From Gammaproteobacteria bacterium (GTDB lineage: Bacteria > Pseudomonadota > Gammaproteobacteria > SZUA-229), in the NCBI GenBank assembly GCA_029882355.1, contig JAOUKV010000004.1, forward strand, positions 65,999-129,998: a stretch of 64,000 bases of DNA, given 5' to 3'. The notes under the pieces are model-generated. The model was not told the origin of the DNA. It was given only the letters and a program-made list of their open reading frames with translations, and did not search any database. Of the stretch, positions 57,994 to 64,000 are shown piece by piece. The translations under genes and the position numbers were made by a program. Position 1 is the stretch's first letter. Every line of letters starts with the position of its first letter.

Positions 57994-58730
57994 TGAAAAA
58001 TACCGCACTTATTCATTGCGAGAGGCTGGTCGTTGATAGAGACGAGGGTGGCAAACCAGATGATCAGCTAGACCTAACAGCCCATGCAGGCAGTGTTATT
58101 TCTATCATTGGTCCAGACTATGACAGCAAGGCTAACTGGCTGAAAACAATTGTCGGAGTTTTGCGTGCAGAATCCGGTCGGTTATTTTTGGCCGGTAAAG
58201 AGACAACACAATTTGAAAAGAGAGACTGGGTACGTATACGCACTCAATTTGCCTATGTTCATACCGAGACAAATATACTTTCAGCCGCCAATGCCTTACA
58301 GAATTTGATGCTGCCAGTGATGTACCATAAAACGAGCGAAGCTGATGCTGCCAAAATTAAAGCACAGCAATTACTCACAGAGATTGATGCTGGAAATAAT
58401 CTCCAACTACTTCCAGCACATCTAAAAAAAGAACAGCGTTACAAAATTGCCGTCGCCAGAGCACTAATGCTTGAGCCACAGGCACTGCTACTGGATTCCC
58501 CTTTCACAGCACTGGACCTATCTTCGATAAATCAATTTAAGCAATTCCTGCTTGGCAAAGTCAGGGATAACAACTTGCTGTTAATATTAGCAACACACGA
58601 TATCAAATTCGCACTGCAGCACTCAGATCAGATAATATACGTATCAGAACAGCAGATGCTTCAATTTGACAAAGACCACCGCATACAGGATTGTAAGCTT
58701 CCTGAAGTATGCGACTACTTGACACTATAA
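57993..58730 (+). CDS. MlaF-like ABC nucleotide-binding subunit with degenerate catalytic motifs (probable pseudo-ATPase)
   Basis: 245 aa, with a TAATG overlap to the permease gene. Walker A is GPDYDSKA instead of GxxGxGK[ST]. The signature is LKKEQ instead of LSGGQ. Walker B is LLLDS, so the catalytic Glu is replaced by Ser. The H-loop His is retained (ATHD). Confidence 0.8.
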   Translation: MKNTALIHCERLVVDRDEGGKPDDQLDLTAHAGSVISIIGPDYDSKANWLKTIVGVLRAESGRLFLAGKETTQFEKRDWVRIRTQFAYVHTETNILSAANALQNLMLPVMYHKTSEADAAKIKAQQLLTEIDAGNNLQLLPAHLKKEQRYKIAVARALMLEPQALLLDSPFTALDLSSINQFKQFLLGKVRDNNLLLILATHDIKFALQHSDQIIYVSEQQMLQFDKDHRIQDCKLPEVCDYLTL

Positions 58731-58751
58731 GACAGGACGTACAAAACAGCC

Positions 58752-59669
58752 ATGCCAGAACGACGCTCACTGCCCCGCACTCACTATATTCACCGAATCA
58801 GCTACAGCACACAGGAACGTATCGTCGGAATCTTTGTGCTGCTCGCTCTATTCATCCTGCTCGGCTTACTGCTTTCTTCTGGAAAGACCAAGAATTTGTT
58901 CGAAGACTACGTCACCATCTATGGTGAATTACAGTCTGTTCAGGCAGTTAACAAAGATGCTGAAGTAGTCATCTCAGGCCTGCCAGCAGGTACTGTCACC
59001 TCGGTCGACATTACCGATGATAACAAAGTCATCCTGACGATGAAGATCCTAAAAAAATATCATAACCTGTTACGCGAAGATTCAGAAGCCAAACTCAGCA
59101 GCTTCAATTTTGCCGTAGTGCAAAAATCGATGATTGAAATCACCACAGGATCAAATGATAAAGCATTACTCAAAGATGGCAGCACAATAGCCATCAACGA
59201 AGCTTTTAACATCAAGGAAATGATAGCGAAGATCGAACCTATATTTGTCTCGCTGGAAGACTCTATTAAGAAAATGAACAACGTACTCTCTGCTATTGAC
59301 CACGATAAGCTGGAAGTCACGCTCGATAATATGAACGTACTAACTACAGACATTCGAAACATCACTCAACACATGGCTGAGGCAAAGGGTTTGATGGGTA
59401 GCATGATCTATGAAAAAGAAATGGAAACCAATGTCAAGAGCATTGCCGTTAACATGGTTGATGTCACCAATAATCTTAGAACAACCACACTGCTAATCAA
59501 TAAACAGATTGAAGATATGCCAGAACTGGTCAATAAGATCGGGCCATTATTAAAAGAAGCCGACAAAACCATCAAAGCCAGCCAACGCATCTGGCCGCTA
59601 TCAACAGCTATAGGTGAAAACAACGAAAGTAGCGACACTCTAACATCACCCTCCCCAGCCAACGACTGA
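58752..59669 (+). CDS. MlaD/MCE-domain protein with a long helical C-terminal extension
   Basis: 305 aa. N-terminal TM helix (IVGIFVLLALFILLGLLL), MCE domain (VTIYGELQSVQAVNKDAEVVISGLPAGTVTSVDI), then ~170 aa that look helical. Confidence 0.85.
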   Translation: MPERRSLPRTHYIHRISYSTQERIVGIFVLLALFILLGLLLSSGKTKNLFEDYVTIYGELQSVQAVNKDAEVVISGLPAGTVTSVDITDDNKVILTMKILKKYHNLLREDSEAKLSSFNFAVVQKSMIEITTGSNDKALLKDGSTIAINEAFNIKEMIAKIEPIFVSLEDSIKKMNNVLSAIDHDKLEVTLDNMNVLTTDIRNITQHMAEAKGLMGSMIYEKEMETNVKSIAVNMVDVTNNLRTTTLLINKQIEDMPELVNKIGPLLKEADKTIKASQRIWPLSTAIGENNESSDTLTSPSPAND

Positions 59670-59676
59670 TAACAGC

Positions 59677-60633
59677 ATGCAACACTTAATCTCAAAAACA
59701 AGAAATGGGTTCGTCATTTTAGCAATAAGCCTGTTATGCACCGCCTGCGTCAGCGGTCCCGATGAAAAACAGCCCGAAGCCATCGAAGCTGCAAACAATG
59801 CCCTCAGCTCAGGCGTCATCAACTACAGCAAAAACAAACACGAACTTGCCATCACTTATTTCAGAAATGCCCTGCGCGATTTTCGTAGCATCGACCATCA
59901 ATACGGCATTGCCTCCAGCTGCCTTAACCTATCAAAGACACATTTAAGTATCGGTAATATAGAAGTCGCTGACGCCTATTTAAAACAGGCGCAGCACATC
60001 ATCGAGCAAGAAAATATCAAACAACTCAGTGACCATCTCCGTATCATCAAGTCATCCATTGCAATCGAAAACAACCTGCTAATACAGGCCAAAAAAATAC
60101 TGGAACCACTATTACAAAAAGATAACAGCAACGCCTTTACCCTCGCCGCGATACAAAACCGTACCCGCATCGCACACGCTGAATCCAGCGACAATAAATC
60201 TGATGCAGCACAGTGGACAAATACCTTTGAACAAAAAATTAAATCCAGCTCAGGCAGCCAGATACACCAGGCCAGACTGGCACGCTTCAAAGCAAACCTG
60301 AGTGATGATAACGAAATACAAAACAAATACCTGTCTGAAGCGCTAAACATCTACCGAGCGCAGGCCAACCGCCCTGGCATCGCAGCCACCTTACAAGAAT
60401 GGAGCGTCGCGTTAATAAAACAGAATCAAACAGAAACAGCCAAAGATAAACTACAGCGTGCACTTTATATCAGACAGTCATTGCAGGACAGGAAAAATAG
60501 TTTGGCGATACTTAACAGCCTTGCAGAAATATCCAGCGATGGCATGACTAGAGCCTGGACAGAAAAATTACAGAGCAAGCATTTTAAGGAGTGGGATGAG
60601 TTTGTCGCGGCGTTTAATCAATTTCCCGAGTAG
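59677..60633 (+). CDS. TPR-like putative lipoprotein, last gene of the Mla-like operon
   Basis: 318 aa. Signal peptide ending LLCTACVSG (imperfect lipobox), then TPR-like helical repeats. Confidence 0.65.
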   Translation: MQHLISKTRNGFVILAISLLCTACVSGPDEKQPEAIEAANNALSSGVINYSKNKHELAITYFRNALRDFRSIDHQYGIASSCLNLSKTHLSIGNIEVADAYLKQAQHIIEQENIKQLSDHLRIIKSSIAIENNLLIQAKKILEPLLQKDNSNAFTLAAIQNRTRIAHAESSDNKSDAAQWTNTFEQKIKSSSGSQIHQARLARFKANLSDDNEIQNKYLSEALNIYRAQANRPGIAATLQEWSVALIKQNQTETAKDKLQRALYIRQSLQDRKNSLAILNSLAEISSDGMTRAWTEKLQSKHFKEWDEFVAAFNQFPE

Positions 60634-60660
60634 AAAAACCATATACAGTGCAATCTCGTC

Positions 60661-60677
60661 CCCACGCTGAGCGTGGG
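60661..60677. terminator. GC-rich hairpin between convergent operons (terminator- or REP-like)
   Basis: CCCACGC-TGA-GCGTGGG is a perfect 7-bp stem. There is no U-tract on either strand, so its function is uncertain. Confidence 0.35.
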
Positions 60678-60699
60678 AAAGAGAACTAATTTGCTAAGC

Positions 60700-61926
60700 C
60701 TAATACTCCCACTTAGCCCCAACCATCACTACATCATTCGTATAATTATATCGATCATCCGTTGACTTACGATCTGTGTGGTTCAGCTCAACATAATAAA
60801 GCTTGTTCTTGTGCCACGTATGTTCAATCTTTAAGTCCACATCCAGGCCAGAATTTTCTTTTTTACCACGTGTGTTATCGTCAAAATTGAAGGCATTGTC
60901 ATAATCTGTAGATGAGGTTTTAATTTTGGCTCTAATTTTTGTTTTATCCGAGTATTTATAACGTGCACGAACTGAAAAATCAGATTTTGAATAATCATTA
61001 TAAGATTCAAAAGCATCGGAACGCACCGTGTTGTCCACATCAACATACATTTTCAAATCATCAGTCACATTATGCGCCAGACTTAAGCCGAATTTATCAT
61101 AAGTATATTCAAGCAAATCATTTAGCGTGGAACTATAGGTTCCTGTTGCTGCATCACGTGAATATCGTTTACTGTAATCACGTACGGCATGACTATATTT
61201 AAATTTCAGATCGGTAGATTTTGAAAGCTCTCTACCAACACCTAATTCAATTTTATTGAGAGTGTGATCATATTCTGCACCTGATCCAGGTGTATCGTAA
61301 TTCAGGTTCTCATAAACAAAACCAGCCATATAATTCATTTTTTTTACGTTGCGCTCATAATCACCTTTCACGCCAACGCTTTGATAACTGTATTTATCTG
61401 ACAGACTAGTTCCTCCTGTTGTGGTTTTTGGCAAGCCACTATCACTATCCACATAAACCTGACTATGTGTTGAAACAAAAGCACCAATATATGCATTACC
61501 CGCTTTTTTAATTTTCTTGCTTTTCATTGTTTTTGTGAATAAGTATTCAACACCTATATCCAGATCAACATTAGTTGCGGTTGCGTCTGAAAGATCCGAA
61601 TCCAGCATCAACCTGGTGTCCAGACCAAGGCCTGTAACAAAGTTGCGGCTATTATCAAGCTTGTTGATTAGATCAACCTGAACATCAACAGGAATGAATA
61701 TACCGTCTTTTTCAACTGGTATAACAGCTACACCGGCAGGTCGCGTGGAGGGTAACGCAGTATCAACATAAGCATGATCAGGTGCATGAAACACATTAGT
61801 ATCATAACCCAGGCCTGTTTCTATCGACCAATTCATCTCTTGCGCCAATACAGGTGCCCCTACCATGCACAGAGAAAAGGAAATTACATTTAATATAATC
61901 TTAGTTTTCATTAATCTAGCCCTCAT
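60700..61926 (-). CDS. Outer-membrane beta-barrel protein
   Basis: 408 aa. Signal peptide ...GAPVLAQE and the N-terminal motif ETGLGYDTNVF, similar to the barrel at 41777. Alternating-strand pattern with a C-terminal aromatic residue (KWEY). Its ATG overlaps the upstream stop. Confidence 0.7.
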   Translation of the reverse strand: MRARLMKTKIILNVISFSLCMVGAPVLAQEMNWSIETGLGYDTNVFHAPDHAYVDTALPSTRPAGVAVIPVEKDGIFIPVDVQVDLINKLDNSRNFVTGLGLDTRLMLDSDLSDATATNVDLDIGVEYLFTKTMKSKKIKKAGNAYIGAFVSTHSQVYVDSDSGLPKTTTGGTSLSDKYSYQSVGVKGDYERNVKKMNYMAGFVYENLNYDTPGSGAEYDHTLNKIELGVGRELSKSTDLKFKYSHAVRDYSKRYSRDAATGTYSSTLNDLLEYTYDKFGLSLAHNVTDDLKMYVDVDNTVRSDAFESYNDYSKSDFSVRARYKYSDKTKIRAKIKTSSTDYDNAFNFDDNTRGKKENSGLDVDLKIEHTWHKNKLYYVELNHTDRKSTDDRYNYTNDVVMVGAKWEY

Positions 61927-63839
61927 GGCCGTGTATTTAAATTTTCAAGCTCTTTTTTCATGCGCTCGCTACTGGGAAAAAGTTTTATTCCTTTTTCAAC
62001 TTCAATACTGGCTCGCTCATATTTTTTCTGTTGTATCAAGACACGGATGTATTCGAGACGATATCGTTTGCTGTCAGGTTTCATATCAAGTGCAATGCGA
62101 TAATATTTCTCAGAATCTGACAACTTGTTCTGATTCCGTAGTGATCTGGCTAATAGACTAATTACCTTGTCATCTTCAGCATCAAGCTGAGAAGCCTGAT
62201 AAAAAACGTCTTCTGCCTCTTCATTCCTCTCCTGATCCATGAGAACCAGACCAAGGTTTAACCATGCTGAAAAATATCGCGGACTGTTAGTTAAAACCTG
62301 ACGATAAATCAATTCAGCTTGCTCCGGCTCACCTAGCCTTGTCAGCGCAACGGCTAAATTTAATTGCGCTGAACGATAACCAGGATTTATTTCTAATGCT
62401 TTTCTGTAAGCAGCGACTGCCGCTTCATAATTTTCATTCAGACTATGTATGCGAGCAATGTTGTACCATGCCTGCGCGTATTTAGGTCTATACTTAATCG
62501 CCAGAAGGTATGATGCCATGGATTTTTCTGCCTGTCCCGACTTGAAATATGTCAAACCAAGATTGTAATGCAGACTGGCTGATTCGACATTTTTCTCCAA
62601 TGCCGCCTTATATATCTCAATCGCCTTATCATATTGATTTTGAGCGCTGTAAATTAAACCCAGATTAACGGCTACCTCAGGATAATCTCCGCTGCGTAAA
62701 CTCAATGCATTTTGATAATGCTTTAGCGCTTGCTCATAATTCTTCAACTTATAATATGAACGACCTAAATTAAAATGAGCTTTGGCATTATTTGTATCAA
62801 TATTCAATACAGCCTGGAACTGATCAATCGCTTCCTGCCACTTTTTCTTTTTCAATAGCAATAAGCCCAGATTGTATCTAGCTGAAGCACTAGACGGATT
62901 AAATTCCACCGACTTTTCATAGGCAGTCTGAGCATCCTTATCTCTACCTTGTTTATTATAAATTGCAGCCAGACGAGAATAAGCACGTGATTCATTAGGC
63001 CTAAGATTTAAAACCTGCATATAAATTTCTTCTGCATCTACCCGGCCTTGCTCAGTATCGGGCAACAAACTGGCCATTCCCAGTCGCGGATTAATTTCGC
63101 CAGGCGCTACTCTTATTGAAGCCTGATAAGCATCCCTTGCCTTTGGATAAAATTCTTTGCCTAGTTGCTGATAGCTCTTTGCCAAATATAACAGTGCTCT
63201 GGATTTATTTTTTCCTGGGGCTAACTTTGAAGCCAAATCAAAATACTTTATAGCCTCATGAAAACTCTGCTGTTTATATTTAATAGAGCCAAGACGAAAA
63301 TGTGCGTAAAAATGTTGCGGCAATTGCTTTATAAAAAACAAATAATCCTTTTCCGCCCCAACGTAATCTTTCATTCTTGAATAAACTTTTGCACGATAAT
63401 AATATGCTGCCAGATAAACCGGCTTTTGTGCCAATGCCAGGGTTAACTGCTGCAATGCTGGCTCATAGGCCTTCTGCTTATAATAAACATAAGCAAAATC
63501 TGCGCGACTCTGAGAACTATCAAAAGACTTAAATAATTCGAGATAAGACTGCTCAGCCATTAGCCACTGTCTTTTCTGAAGCAGAGCATAAGCCTGCTCA
63601 GCTTCAGCTTCATCAACTCGCAGCACTGCTACTTGCTGCATTTCCTCATCATCAGATACCTCATTAGAAAGCACATCATCTAACTCGCCTTCCTGTTGCG
63701 CTATATGTGCAGGAATTGTTATCACCGTTACCTGCTCTGCATCAAGACTAGCAACATAGTTAGAGTAATAAACCAGCATGAATATACTCGTAATTACTAA
63801 TAGCACTGGCACAAAACTTTCTTTTAATAAACGCATCAT
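61923..63839 (-). CDS. Membrane-anchored TPR-repeat protein
   Basis: 638 aa. One N-terminal TM helix, an acidic linker, then ~14 TPR repeats. Confidence 0.8.
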   Translation of the reverse strand: MMRLLKESFVPVLLVITSIFMLVYYSNYVASLDAEQVTVITIPAHIAQQEGELDDVLSNEVSDDEEMQQVAVLRVDEAEAEQAYALLQKRQWLMAEQSYLELFKSFDSSQSRADFAYVYYKQKAYEPALQQLTLALAQKPVYLAAYYYRAKVYSRMKDYVGAEKDYLFFIKQLPQHFYAHFRLGSIKYKQQSFHEAIKYFDLASKLAPGKNKSRALLYLAKSYQQLGKEFYPKARDAYQASIRVAPGEINPRLGMASLLPDTEQGRVDAEEIYMQVLNLRPNESRAYSRLAAIYNKQGRDKDAQTAYEKSVEFNPSSASARYNLGLLLLKKKKWQEAIDQFQAVLNIDTNNAKAHFNLGRSYYKLKNYEQALKHYQNALSLRSGDYPEVAVNLGLIYSAQNQYDKAIEIYKAALEKNVESASLHYNLGLTYFKSGQAEKSMASYLLAIKYRPKYAQAWYNIARIHSLNENYEAAVAAYRKALEINPGYRSAQLNLAVALTRLGEPEQAELIYRQVLTNSPRYFSAWLNLGLVLMDQERNEEAEDVFYQASQLDAEDDKVISLLARSLRNQNKLSDSEKYYRIALDMKPDSKRYRLEYIRVLIQQKKYERASIEVEKGIKLFPSSERMKKELENLNTRP

Positions 63840-64000
63840 TGTTCTGAACCACTCATTTCTACACGACTCTCATTAAGAATCTGATCGAGCTGCTGGCGCA
63901 TAGGCGTATTATTCGCATTCTGTATTTCAATACCGGGACGTGCATTTATTTCTATCATCACGGGCCCCTTATCTGATATCGCGATATCTACCCCCAAATA
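63836..64000 (-). CDS. C-terminal end of an ATP-grasp ligase (RimK/alpha-L-glutamate-ligase-like), truncated by the window edge
   Basis: The minus-strand translation is YLGVDIAISDKGPVMIEINARPGIEIQNANNTPMRQQLDQILNESRVEMSGSEQ*. The xEINARPG motif is typical of the ATP-grasp C-domain. Its stop overlaps the next ATG (ATGA). Confidence 0.6.
   Translation of the reverse strand, partial: YLGVDIAISDKGPVMIEINARPGIEIQNANNTPMRQQLDQILNESRVEMSGSEQ

Noticed and set aside
1-64000. Looked for CRISPR arrays, tandem repeats, IS elements, integrases, toxin-antitoxin pairs and phage genes.
   Set aside because: None was recognised by eye. The only repeats seen are short: the CTTGTTATAA direct repeat at 37891-37914, the GTGACAC pair near 12750/12860, and the AT-rich dyads at 55340-55382. 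A computational repeat search is needed to be sure.

Overview
64-kb chromosomal window from what looks like a moderately AT-rich gammaproteobacterium. The block ychF-pth-rplY-prs-tRNA-Gln-ispE-lolB-TPR, divergent from hemA-prfA-prmC...moeB, is the conserved Pseudomonas/E. coli-type arrangement. About two thirds of the window (nt ~600-44,030) is one large exopolysaccharide locus of the exosortase A (XrtA)/PEP-CTERM type. Its core comprises a priming transferase, the PrsK/PrsR two-component pair, an XrtA-EpsI fusion and the PrsT TPR lipoprotein. It also has one PEP-CTERM substrate gene behind a near-consensus sigma-54 promoter, a split co-polymerase/BY-kinase pair, Wzx- and Wzy-like proteins, six glycosyltransferases, a Wza-like exporter and a beta-barrel. 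The tailoring set is unusually dense: 3 NodB deacetylases, 2 FemAB/CelD-like transferases, 2 sulfotransferase domains, a TagD/TagF-type glycerol-phosphate module, an FkbM methyltransferase, an AsnB-type amidotransferase, a DegT-like aminotransferase, and a TviB/WbpO-like dehydrogenase plus WbpP-like epimerase at the two ends. The middle of the locus is compositionally mosaic, with a very AT-rich cassette at ~24.4-30.3 kb. nt 44.1-57.1 kb are housekeeping genes with two tRNAs and a MoeB-JAB pair. nt 57.2-64.0 kb hold an Mla/MCE-like ABC operon whose ATPase subunit has degenerate catalytic motifs, followed by a TPR lipoprotein, and a convergent ATP-grasp/TPR/beta-barrel operon that runs off the window. 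I recognised no rRNA, CRISPR array, transposase, integrase or phage gene. All family assignments come from reading motifs in the supplied translations and the DNA, not from database searches.
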